Below, in pieces: positions 20,021 to 28,903 of a stretch of DNA of 64,000 nucleotides (within the stretch, counting starts at the first letter, position 1; each line of letters starts with the position of its first letter). The notes under the pieces are model-generated. The model ran no database searches. It saw only the letters and a program-made list of their open reading frames with translations, and had not been told where the DNA came from. A program made the translations under genes and the position numbers. This DNA is from Spirochaetia bacterium (GTDB taxonomy: Bacteria > Spirochaetota > Spirochaetia > SZUA-6 > Bin103). The stretch lies in NCBI GenBank assembly GCA_965203905.1, contig CBDBDQ010000005.1, positions 1,024,001 through 1,088,000 of the forward strand. The letters run 5' to 3'.

Positions 20021-23000
20021 ATGTGGATCAGGCAGGTCTCGGTACGCCACTTCGCCGGTATCCGCTCAGCCGAAATCACCCTCGCACACGGTCTCAACGT
20101 CCTGCACGGACCGAACGAGATCGGCAAGTCGACGCTCGTGGAGGCCATTCGGGCGGCCCTGCTGCTGCAGCACGGTGCATCCGCCGCCCGCGACTTCGAC
20201 GACTGGCACACCGATCAGCCGGCGCAGGTGACACTGACCCTCGAGACCGAGCCACAGCGCATCTGGCGCGTGCGCAAGAGCTTCGGCAAGGGCGTGGATG
20301 GATCGAGCTACCTGGACTTCTCGCGCGATGGAGCGACCTTCACTCAGGAGGCCAAGGGACGTGACGTGGACGGCCGGATTCGAGAGCTGCTGCGCTGGGG
20401 CCTGCCGGCACCAGGCGGCAAGGGGCGCTCCAAGGGGTTCTCCGAGTCGTTCCTGGCGACCACCCTGCTGGCCGATCAGCGCGCCGTCGCCGACCTGCTG
20501 GAGCGCAGTCTCGACGACGACCCCGACGAATCGGGGAAAGGTCGGCTGAGCGACGCGCTGCAGGCGCTCGCCCAAGACCCGGTGTTCCGCAAGGTCGTCG
20601 CCCGCACCCAGGAGCGCGTGGACGAGGCGTTCACCGGCACCGGGCAACGCAGCCGACGTCGAGGATCGCCATGGATGAACCTGCGAGACCAGCGTCAGGC
20701 CGCCGACCGGCGCCGAACCGAGATGCGCCGCCGCGTCACCGAGAGCGACGATGCCCGCGCCCGCGTCGACCGCTGCCGCGAGCAGCTCGACGAAGCCCGC
20801 AGCCGGCTCGACGCTGCGCGGCGCCAGCGGCAACGGATCGACGCTGCCTGGGAACGGCAGCGGGCGCGCGACGCGGTCGGCGCCGAGATCGCCAAGGCAA
20901 CGCGGGAGCGAGACCGGATTCAGGGCCTCCACGACGAACGGGACCAGGCCAGGCGGGAACTGGACGCCGCCGAGCAAGCGGTCGGCGCGGCCGACGCGAG
21001 CATGGCCCAGGCGGCAGAGACGGAGCGGCGCGCACGAGAGTGCCTCGACACCGCTCGCCGGCACCTGGCCGAAGCGGAGAGTGGCGCCGCCCGGCAGCAG
21101 CGTACGATCCGCAGGCAGGAGATCGAGAACCTCCGGCTCAGGAACAGGAATCGGCGAGCCGAAGTGGAGCGGGGCAAGGCGGAAGCGGCCGGTGTGCGCG
21201 ACCTGGAGGCCGCGACCCAGCGGTTGCGGGCGGACCTGGAGGCCAGGTCGCGGAAGCTTGCCGCGACCAGATCGCGCGCCCGGAAGGCTCATGAGCAGGA
21301 CCGGAAGGCCGCCGCCGAGATCAGTCGAATCGCGGGCCAGGTCCTGGGGCTGAAGCTGCTGAGCGGCCGCGAGCAGCTCGCGCGGCTGCACGAGTCGGCG
21401 CGCCAGGCCAGGGAGTTGCAGTCACGGGCGCACGCAAAGTCGCAGCGTGCCAAGGCATTGCGCACCTCGGTAAAGGGTCGCTCCTTGCCCGACTCCGAAC
21501 AGTTGGAAACCCTGCGCGCGCTGCAGACCGATCTTCGGGTCGCGGAACAGGCCTTGCAGGTGGGAGTCTCCGTCGAGATCACACCGAGCCGTCCGCTGTC
21601 CGTTACCACCCGCGCCGACGGCGGACCACCCCGGACCGCCGACCTGACTCGGCCCGAGTCGATGGAAGCGGCCGCACACCTGCGCCTGGAGCTGGAGGGG
21701 GTCGGGCAGATCGAGATTCGGGGCGGGAGCCGCGACTCCCGTGAGCGAGCCTCGCGGCTACGAGCGGAGTGGGCCGCCGCGACCTCCGGATTGTTCCAAC
21801 GGCTCCAGGTCGACAACCTGGAACAGCTCATCGCGCAGTGTCACGCCGGAGAGCGGGAGCTGGCCGCGGCCGACGCCCTGGTGCGCGAGGCCGATCAGGA
21901 ACACCAGCAAGCCGCGGCTCTGATCCAGGATGACGAGTTCATCGCCGAGCGCGGGCGCGAGTTGCAACGGCTCGAACGGCAGGTCAGGGATGATCTCGGC
22001 GAACACGACCTCGAAGAGTTCGTTCGCCGGTGCGCGTCCGGTGACGGGGCCGATACGGCTTCGCTGGAACAGCGGCTCGCCTCCCTGCGCGCCGCTCGTG
22101 AGCGCGGAACGGCGCGCATCGGCGAGCTCCAACAGCAGGTTTCGCGGGCGGAGGGAAGCATCGAGTCCGGGCAGCAGGAGCTGGCAACGCGGGAAGCCGC
22201 GTTCGCGGAGCGCCGCGAGGCTCTCGCCGATCCCTGGGAGTCGGTGCTGGCGCGCGCGGAAGCGGAACTCGATACCCTCGGAAGTGAGGACCGGGGCCTG
22301 GCAAAGGAGCTCGAGGCGCTGGAGACCGGGGCCAGCAATGAAGTGGAACAGGCACGAACCAGCGTCCGACAGGGCGAACAGCGGCTTGCGGTCGCCAGGT
22401 CGCGGAGCTCGAACTGCAGCGAGACGGTCGAATCGGCGCGCGAGAAACGCGACCGGCTGGCGGGTACTGTCGATGAGCGCGCCGCTGCGGTGCGGCGGGA
22501 AGATCTCGCAGCGGCCCGCGCGCACCTCCAGGCGCTGCGCGCCAGCCTCGCGCAACTGCCGGTACCGGAGATGGAAGTCACCGAGCAGGAGCGCGAGCAG
22601 GCGGTGGATGCGGTACGGCGGCTCACCGAGGAGTGCGGCGGCGCGGACGCCGAGCTGCAGAAGGCGGAAGGCGCGCTGCAACAGGTCGGTGGTCACACCG
22701 TCCAGGAGCAACTGGCGCAGGCGAACGAGGCGGTGACGGCGGTCAACCGGCGCGAGGGCGAGATCGAGGTCGAGTATGGCGCCTGGAAGCTGCTGCTCGA
22801 CACGCTGCGCGAGGCCGAGGCGGAGGATGCCGTGCACCTCGGGAAGGCGCTCGTCGAGCCGGTATCGCGGCGCGTCTCCGAACTGACCGGCGGTTCGTAC
22901 GGCGAGGTCACCATCGCCCCGACGCTGTCGACGCAATACATCGAGGCGGCCGGCAGTGAACGCGATCTCTCGCGGCTGTCGGTCGGAACCCGGGATCAGC

Positions 23001-23239
23001 TTGCCACCGTGCTGCGTCTCACCATCGCAGAGAAGCTGGGCAGCACCGTCGTCCTGGACGACCAACTCGTGCAGAGCGATGCATCACGCATGCGCTCGCT
23101 GTACGAGCTCATGCAGCAGTGCGCGAAGGAGTTTCAGATTCTCGTGCTCACCTGCCACCCCGAACACTATCGCCCCCCCGATGGCCGCCCGCTGCACGCG
23201 ATCGACCTCACCGAGCACATCGAGCGCACCCAACCGTAA
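20021..23239 (+). CDS. Rad50/SbcC/YhaN-like SMC ATPase
   Basis: Walker A GPNEIGKST, long coiled coils, signature LSVGTRDQ, Walker B VVLDDQLV and H-loop LTCH; ATG lies 2 bp after the upstream TAG. Confidence 0.92.
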   Translation: MWIRQVSVRHFAGIRSAEITLAHGLNVLHGPNEIGKSTLVEAIRAALLLQHGASAARDFDDWHTDQPAQVTLTLETEPQRIWRVRKSFGKGVDGSSYLDFSRDGATFTQEAKGRDVDGRIRELLRWGLPAPGGKGRSKGFSESFLATTLLADQRAVADLLERSLDDDPDESGKGRLSDALQALAQDPVFRKVVARTQERVDEAFTGTGQRSRRRGSPWMNLRDQRQAADRRRTEMRRRVTESDDARARVDRCREQLDEARSRLDAARRQRQRIDAAWERQRARDAVGAEIAKATRERDRIQGLHDERDQARRELDAAEQAVGAADASMAQAAETERRARECLDTARRHLAEAESGAARQQRTIRRQEIENLRLRNRNRRAEVERGKAEAAGVRDLEAATQRLRADLEARSRKLAATRSRARKAHEQDRKAAAEISRIAGQVLGLKLLSGREQLARLHESARQARELQSRAHAKSQRAKALRTSVKGRSLPDSEQLETLRALQTDLRVAEQALQVGVSVEITPSRPLSVTTRADGGPPRTADLTRPESMEAAAHLRLELEGVGQIEIRGGSRDSRERASRLRAEWAAATSGLFQRLQVDNLEQLIAQCHAGERELAAADALVREADQEHQQAAALIQDDEFIAERGRELQRLERQVRDDLGEHDLEEFVRRCASGDGADTASLEQRLASLRAARERGTARIGELQQQVSRAEGSIESGQQELATREAAFAERREALADPWESVLARAEAELDTLGSEDRGLAKELEALETGASNEVEQARTSVRQGEQRLAVARSRSSNCSETVESAREKRDRLAGTVDERAAAVRREDLAAARAHLQALRASLAQLPVPEMEVTEQEREQAVDAVRRLTEECGGADAELQKAEGALQQVGGHTVQEQLAQANEAVTAVNRREGEIEVEYGAWKLLLDTLREAEAEDAVHLGKALVEPVSRRVSELTGGSYGEVTIAPTLSTQYIEAAGSERDLSRLSVGTRDQLATVLRLTIAEKLGSTVVLDDQLVQSDASRMRSLYELMQQCAKEFQILVLTCHPEHYRPPDGRPLHAIDLTEHIERTQP

Positions 23240-23344
23240 CGCCTCAGCCACTCCCCCAAGCGAAACGCGGCCGGTCTTGGCTGCCACACACGCGATTCGC
23301 TTGACGCCATTTAGGCTCTCAGCGCCATTCCTTCATCGTGGTCA

Positions 23345-23567
23345 TTGTGCTCCGAACTTGACCGCTTACGCGCTCTCTCATGATGATGCGGCCATGATCG
23401 CCGTCCACCGCCCCGCCCCCGGAGGCCAGATTCGCGACGACGACGGCACCGCTCAAGCCCTGATCGAGCTTGGATACACTGTCATCCGCATTCACCACAC
23501 CGACGATTGGGAAGCGATATTCGGCCGCCATACCGATGTCTTCGGAGCGCAGGACGATGTCACGTGA
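23345..23567 (+). pseudogene. degenerate C-terminus of a large DEAD-box/DUF1998 (DrmA/DrmB-type) helicase with a DUF559-like tail
   Basis: ...IAVHRP...QIRDD...LIELGYTVIRIHHTDDWEAIFGRHTDVFG resembles the IYVDGP.H...RD...L...GY.VIRF...DW..I...VFG tail of such helicases. Confidence 0.55.
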
Positions 23568-24609
23568 CGAATACCACCGCGTGTTGCTGGAACGCCTGCA
23601 CGGACAACTCCGATGGGAAAATGAACCGGCCCCGGACTGGACGGTCGACGATCTTGATCTGAGCGAGATCACCCGCACCCTTGATGAAGCAATTCGCCGG
23701 CGTCGAGCGGAAGATCCCGGAACACGGGAACCAACGGAGCTGCTGCGCGGATTCGGCTTGATCCACGACGGCCGGCTGCTCCGCGCCGCGGTCGTGTTGT
23801 TCGGCAGATCCGAGCGTGTGGGCGCGGAGTACCCGCAGTGCATGCTGCGGGTAGCGAGATTTCGCGGTATCGCCCGCACCGACGAGTTTCTGGACAACCG
23901 GCAGTTTCACGGCAATGCGTTCACCCTCCTGGGCAGCGCAGAACGCTTCTTCCGGGAGAGCCTGCCCATCGCCGGTCGCATCGAGCCAGACCTATTCGAA
24001 CGAGTGGATGATCCGCTCTATCCGCCGCCGGCTCTGCGTGAGGCGCTCGCCAATGCCATCTGTCACCGGGACTACTCCATCGGCGGGGGATCGGTGGCCG
24101 CGGCGATCTACGACGACCGCCTCGAAGTCACTTCCTCGGGTCGGCTGCACTTCGGGCTCACACCCGAAGCGCTGTTCGAGCCCCATGAGTCGTTGCCCTG
24201 GAACCCGCTGATCGCACGGGTCTTCTACCTCCGCGGGATCATCGAGCAGTGGGGCCGGGGAACCATCAAGATGCGAGAACTGACGACCAGCGCCGGATTG
24301 CCGGCACCGGAGATCGAGGACGCGGGCGGATGCGTCACGGTGCGCTTCAGACCGGGAACCTACGTGCGGAGTCGTGTCGAGCGGGAGGTAACCGATCGCC
24401 AGCAGGCCATTCTCGCCCTGCTCGCGGGAGTGTCCGACGGCCTTGCCTTACGCGAGATCATCCCCCAATTGGGCGATTCTGTTGTGTGGTGGCAGGTACG
24501 AGATGATTTGCGGATCTTGCGAACACTCGGCTTGGCGATATGCAAAGGCCGCGGCCGTGGTGCGCGCTGGCTGCGCCGGCAGGTTCCATCAGCGGAACTC
24601 ATGGAATGA
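23557..24609 (+). CDS. HATPase_c_4 + wHTH ATP-binding protein lacking the N-terminal AlbA_2 domain (probably 5'-truncated)
   Basis: Motifs LRVARFRG, YPPPALREALANAICHRDY, DDRLEVTSSG, WNPLIARVF and IEQWGRG, then a C-terminal wHTH ending GRGRGARW. Confidence 0.8.
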   Translation: MSRDEYHRVLLERLHGQLRWENEPAPDWTVDDLDLSEITRTLDEAIRRRRAEDPGTREPTELLRGFGLIHDGRLLRAAVVLFGRSERVGAEYPQCMLRVARFRGIARTDEFLDNRQFHGNAFTLLGSAERFFRESLPIAGRIEPDLFERVDDPLYPPPALREALANAICHRDYSIGGGSVAAAIYDDRLEVTSSGRLHFGLTPEALFEPHESLPWNPLIARVFYLRGIIEQWGRGTIKMRELTTSAGLPAPEIEDAGGCVTVRFRPGTYVRSRVEREVTDRQQAILALLAGVSDGLALREIIPQLGDSVVWWQVRDDLRILRTLGLAICKGRGRGARWLRRQVPSAELME

Positions 24610-24830
24610 GACTTCTAATTACTTCCCATTACTTCTCATTTCTTTGCAATGAGTCTATAATTGTATTCCAGAGAATAACCTATCCCATTACTTCTCATTG
24701 CTTCCAATTCTGTCCTATTCCGAGGAATAAGACGTCTCATTCTCAACAATAGAACTCTATTGGCGAGCAATTATCGTTGATATAATGATTTAAGCCACTT
24801 CGTCTTATTCTGTTCTATTCTGTCTTATTC
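24604..24830. repeat. AT-rich non-coding tract with 10-bp periodic repeats and GAATRAGAC boxes
   Basis: acttctaatt-acttcccatt-acttctcatt (24611-24640); cccattacttctcatt occurs twice; near-palindrome gaataagac-gtctcattc (24725-24742); cgtcttattc-tgttctattc-tgtcttattc (24801-24830). Confidence 0.8.
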
Positions 24831-25078
24831 CCAAACTCACAAGGAAAACCCCATCACGGTAACACCGATTCCGATACCTGAGAATAGCGCACCGATACCG
24901 TTTACGAGCAACGGCACATCCGGCACAGCCGCACCGCCCGACGGGTTCACACACCGACGGTCCGCTCCTCCGCGTCGCCGGCACCGGCCCGGCCACGCGG
25001 TACACGGTGTCAGAGCCGCACGAGGTCGGGCCGACACTTGGAAACGTGAGCGCACAAAGTCTCTCTGAATCCGGCACC

Positions 25079-25930
25079 CTATTCCGTGAGCAACACGATA
25101 CGACCCTTGCCACGGCGATCGATGTAATCGACGATCAGCTCCGTGACGGCTGCCAAGTCGACGAACCCGCCAATGCTTTGGATACGGTTCGACCGCAGCT
25201 CCGTTGCGGCCCACTTCAACGTCTTTTTGAGGTCCGTTGCTCGGGTGCAAACCGGGTCTAGGAAACTAGCGCTGTAGCGCCGGCGGCGAAGCAGGTACGC
25301 AATACACAGACTGGCGTGTCGGTAGATGTACTTGGCCTCGTAATGACGCAGTTGTTTCTTCATCACGTCGTGGGCAAGGTCAAGGAGAATACCGCAGGTC
25401 TCATCTTTCATCCGCTCGGTAGCCGCCGCCCGGTATTGGAGAATCCTGGCGAGGGCACGAAGCCAGTCATTGGGACCTTTGAATCCGGTACTCTGAAGGT
25501 GCACAGCCATGACGTCGGCGAATCGGGCAATCTGCTCGGGATCGCGAAGGCAGTTTGCGTACGCATTGAGATGGTGTCGCTTGATAGCGTGGGGTACCGA
25601 GAGCAAGTCCCGTAGCCGCGTCGCAAGCGATTTTTAAGCCGAGCTGAAGTAACCAACGACCCGATAAACTTGCTCATAAATATCTCTGGAAGTCGAGTCG
25701 TCTAACCATGCTACGAGCCGCTCTTCGAACGCGTCAAGCAGTGATCTGTCATTTCCAGCGCCAAACAGTGTCCGTGCCTCATCAAGCACTCCTTCGCTAC
25801 CGACTGCGGTTGCATGATCTGGTGGAGTACGAGCCGCTAAGTTCTCATCCTTCTGCCTCAACAATTCCCGAATCGTCCCGAGATGGTCGTCAACACGCAT
25901 TGCTGTTGGTAGCCTACAATTGGTCAAAAA
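25079..25930 (-). pseudogene. 3' fragment of an unidentified large gene with an in-frame stop
   Basis: ORFs 25634-26569 and 25079-25606 share a frame, separated by one TAA at 25634-25636. The text is protein-like and lower in GC (...AYLLRRRRY...LIVDYIDRRGKG). Confidence 0.55.
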
Positions 25931-25959
25931 AACCTGGATTTCGTATTTCACTGCGCGCC

Positions 25960-26315
25960 AACAGCGGCCGCAGGAGAAGAACAGATAGGGCAGCCCGGCG
26001 CGGCGGAACGGCAGGTGGTCGCTGACGTCGCCGATGTAGTGGTTGAGGGCGGCGATCAACGGCAGCCGCCGCGGCAGCCGGCAGGCCGCCATCGCCGCCG
26101 GCAACCCCGGGTGCGACTCCGCCCCGGTCATGGACAGCAGGTTGCGGATGCGCGGCAGCCGGCGCTGCTTGCCGCCCAGGGGGAAGCGCGCCTCGTGGCC
26201 GGTCAGGTCCCGGATCAGCCCGCAGGCGACGCAGCGTTCGTCCATCCACCGCTCGTGAAAGTGCACGCTGTCCCAGGCGTCGAACTGCGCCGCGCTGGCG
26301 TAGCCCAGCGCCAGC
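25960..26315 (-). pseudogene. internal fragment of an M28-family peptidase-like gene
   Basis: High-GC piece reading DLTGH...LLSMTGAESHP...LNHYIGDVSDHLPFRRAGLPYLFFSCGR (SDH..F...G.P motif). Confidence 0.55.
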
Positions 26316-26316
26316 G

Positions 26317-26473
26317 CCGCTTGCCGCAGCTGACCAGTTTGCCGCGTACCGTGATGCGCCCTTGGTGAAGCTGACCTCCACGCGGATCTGCGTTTCGTCC
26401 CATCCGGCCCAGCGTAGGGTGAGGGTGATAAACTGGTGCAGATGTCGCGTTGGGCGAGGTCTCTCTTGTTCAT
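26317..26473 (-). pseudogene. hsdR: N-terminal remnant of a type I restriction R subunit (EcoAI-like HsdR)
   Basis: Across two frameshifts it reads MNKRDLAQRDICT / ..TLTLRWAGWDETQIRVEVSFTKG / RITVRGKLVSCGK. Confidence 0.75.
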
Positions 26474-27323
26474 CGTTTCAGCGGCGGCCCGGCGCTTGGC
26501 CGCGCCGGCGCTCCACGGCGGGCGGCGCCGGCGGACGCTACGGACGCTTTCGTATGGGACCACCTGCACCCCGCTTCAGTATACTACTCCCGTGCCTCGA
26601 CCGTGCGGCGGGCGACCAGTGGCCGTCGCCGCAGCAATCCAGGATACGAAGCGTTCAACAAGGAACGAGCGGCCCGTGCGCTGAACGACGCGACAGGCCA
26701 ACGGAGCGGCCGATTACCTGCGCGGGGTGCTTATAGATTCAGTCAGAGAGCCAGATCGCGTCATCGGCGCCGAAGTCATTCCGTGCTGTCGCGATGATCG
26801 CGAACCCGGATACCGGCTGCTTCGCGGAGCGCGCGTGGCAGTCCTTGGAACAGGAACTCGACGTTGCCAGCAAGTACGTCGAGGAGTTTGGCGAAACCGC
26901 ATATGCGTCGATGGACGCAATATCCGACGTTGCTACGGATCCACCGAGGGCAACCGGCGGCTACAAACTTCATTCGCAGGGAGCGGGACGCCCTACAACG
27001 GTTGACCGGTGTCTGGCTACTAGCGAGCTTCAGCACGATCGTCAGCAGAAGGCTCTCGCAGCCTACTTGGCGAATCCTTCGGCCGATGTCCATCGGAACA
27101 TACTCGAGCCGACTCGTGACGACGTGGGCGGTCGAAAGTTTGCCGCGAACGTGGCGGCCGCCGTCGGACACATCTCGATGCCAGCAACCATCACCACGCC
27201 CGCGAGCCGGCTCCCGTATGAAGCTGCTCCTCCAACTATATGTCGATCCGTATCTCCGATCAATTCCTTATGACGAAACCCCCGAACAAGCGCCTTGGCC
27301 GCACAGCACGGCACGTCGCTGCT

Positions 27324-27584
27324 TTACTCTGCCGCTCGGGGCAGAGCACCTCCGGCTCTGCCGAAAATGACCTCATCCGAGTCTTCGTCAAGATGCTTGC
27401 TGGTAACGTGCATTTGTCGACGGTAGGGTGGAGCCAACGTGTACCCTCGTGGGGAGAGTCCTTGCTTGCGAAGCGCTTGCAGAAGGTCTCTGGCCTCGCG
27501 CACTTTCTCAAGGTCGACCTTCGGATTGTTTCGCATCACCTTGTCGATATCGACCCCGCCGTCACCGGTAGGCGAGTGGAACAT
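27324..27584 (-). CDS. small hypothetical protein downstream of the SDH protease
   Basis: Overlaps the protease 3' end; protein-like sequence VDIDKVMRNNPKVDLEKVREARDLLQALRKQG...YTLAPPY; start uncertain. Confidence 0.55.
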   Translation of the reverse strand: MFHSPTGDGGVDIDKVMRNNPKVDLEKVREARDLLQALRKQGLSPRGYTLAPPYRRQMHVTSKHLDEDSDEVIFGRAGGALPRAAE

Positions 27585-28497
27585 AGCTCCCCCTCCTGTG
27601 CAGCACCGCCGCATGTCGCAAGCGGCTCATGTAGTCTCGCAGCAGCTTTCCGTAGAGTCGGATGCTCTCACTCAGTGTGGACACTTCGCCGAAGTCTTCT
27701 ATGCGCAGATTCAGATCCTTCCTCAGTACTTCCATGGATATTCCCCTTCCGTGAGAATGCCAGTAGCCGGAATCACTCAGCTTCCTGGCGATCGCCTGAG
27801 CGCGGCGCTTACGCATCTGATCGTTGACGCGTGTTCCCTTCGTCTCCGTCTTTCTCCAATTCCTGAACTTGTACCTGACGAGCCACTCCTTCAGCAGGCT
27901 GACAGACAACTCACGGGCCTGCTCATAACGGTACAGGTCGGCCGGATCGAACTTCTCGACGAGCAATGTCAACTCCGCTGTATTCAGTGTCCCGTTCTCG
28001 GCCTTTCTGAGTAGCCGGTCGAACTGGATCAGATATCCGAGAGCCGGCACCTGCCTGCCGCTGGAGTTCTCCACCTGAGGATCGATTGGTCCAAGAATCG
28101 AAAAGTAGTCCATGTAGATGCTGTCGCCTGACATCACCAACACGGTCCCGGCTGACATTGCATGGCTCGGTACCACGAACTCGACCCGGTCGTAGTGGTG
28201 GCGAAGCGTCTCCGCGATCCTTTGAACGACTTCAATGTAACCCCCGGCTGTCTCCAGTACGACGACAAGCTTCTTTCTCCTTTCGGGGGTGCCGGCGACA
28301 CTCTCGACTGCGTCGCGGAACACCTCCTCGCATCCGAACAGCAGGCTGCCGACAAAGCAGATGACATCGCCGTCCATGAGGTCTTCGATTGCCCTGATCC
28401 GCTCATCAAGCTGGCCCTCAATGATCTTCTCTGGTGGCGAGTGCACCGATACGTCCGACACGCCGCCTGCTACCTCCAGTGCTCGGTACGAAGCCAT
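27562..28497 (-). CDS. SDH family ClpP-fold serine protease
   Basis: Motifs LETAGG, VPSHAMSAGT (catalytic Ser), LGPIDPQV and WHSHGRGI; start uncertain. Confidence 0.88.
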   Translation of the reverse strand: MASYRALEVAGGVSDVSVHSPPEKIIEGQLDERIRAIEDLMDGDVICFVGSLLFGCEEVFRDAVESVAGTPERRKKLVVVLETAGGYIEVVQRIAETLRHHYDRVEFVVPSHAMSAGTVLVMSGDSIYMDYFSILGPIDPQVENSSGRQVPALGYLIQFDRLLRKAENGTLNTAELTLLVEKFDPADLYRYEQARELSVSLLKEWLVRYKFRNWRKTETKGTRVNDQMRKRRAQAIARKLSDSGYWHSHGRGISMEVLRKDLNLRIEDFGEVSTLSESIRLYGKLLRDYMSRLRHAAVLHRRGSYVPLAYR

Positions 28498-28676
28498 CGC
28501 AGCTGAGCGAACTTCGTTGTAATTGTAATGCATCTGGATCCGGGCAGCATCCAATTGGAGTACCGCCGGCGGAACGCCAACCGCTGTCCGTGAGCAGGCC
28601 GGTAGCGATGACGGCTGGAAGTTGGACCCGGAGCCATGTTGCAGAGCTTGGGGTTGGCAGGGTGGCATGTCAAGCT

Positions 28677-28891
28677 GGGGCCGTGGTGGTCGTGGCCGCA
28701 CTCACGCGCACGGACTGGTCTCCGAACTGGAGGCGTTGCGCGAGCGGGGACGGAGTGCCTGCCAACTGCGTCGTGAGCTTCGACAATCTCCGCCACCGTC
28801 GGCGAGTCGCTTCGGCGCCGCGTCACCCGGCTCGGCGCGCCGCCCATGACGGAGGCATGCCGGGCCGGCCCTCCGCGACGCCGGCTGTTGA
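28677..28891 (+). pseudogene. degenerate duplicate of the 3' two-thirds of mazF
   Basis: Shares blocks with about 15437-15655 (gtggccgcactcacgcgcac, ggactggtctccgaactg, ctgcgtcgtgagcttcgacaa, gtcgcttcggcgccgc, ggaggcatgccg, ccctccgcgacgc) with several small indels. Confidence 0.85.
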
Positions 28892-28903
28892 TGGAGTCAC
28901 GGC

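Noticed and set aside
15904-23567. Calling the SNF2 locus DISARM, Wadjet or Lamassu
   Set aside because: No methyltransferase, intact DrmA/B/C, JetA/B/D or LmuA/C-like genes are present; only a short helicase-tail remnant.
25940-25965. CWRAVKYE resembling the IS3 integrase WRSVKYE motif
   Set aside because: Only 8 codons, with no flanking DDE sequence or inverted repeats; likely chance at a junction.
26714-27320. Several overlapping 70-170 aa ORFs in a lower-GC stretch
   Set aside because: No recognisable motif or consistent frame; possibly a decayed gene, but I cannot support a call.
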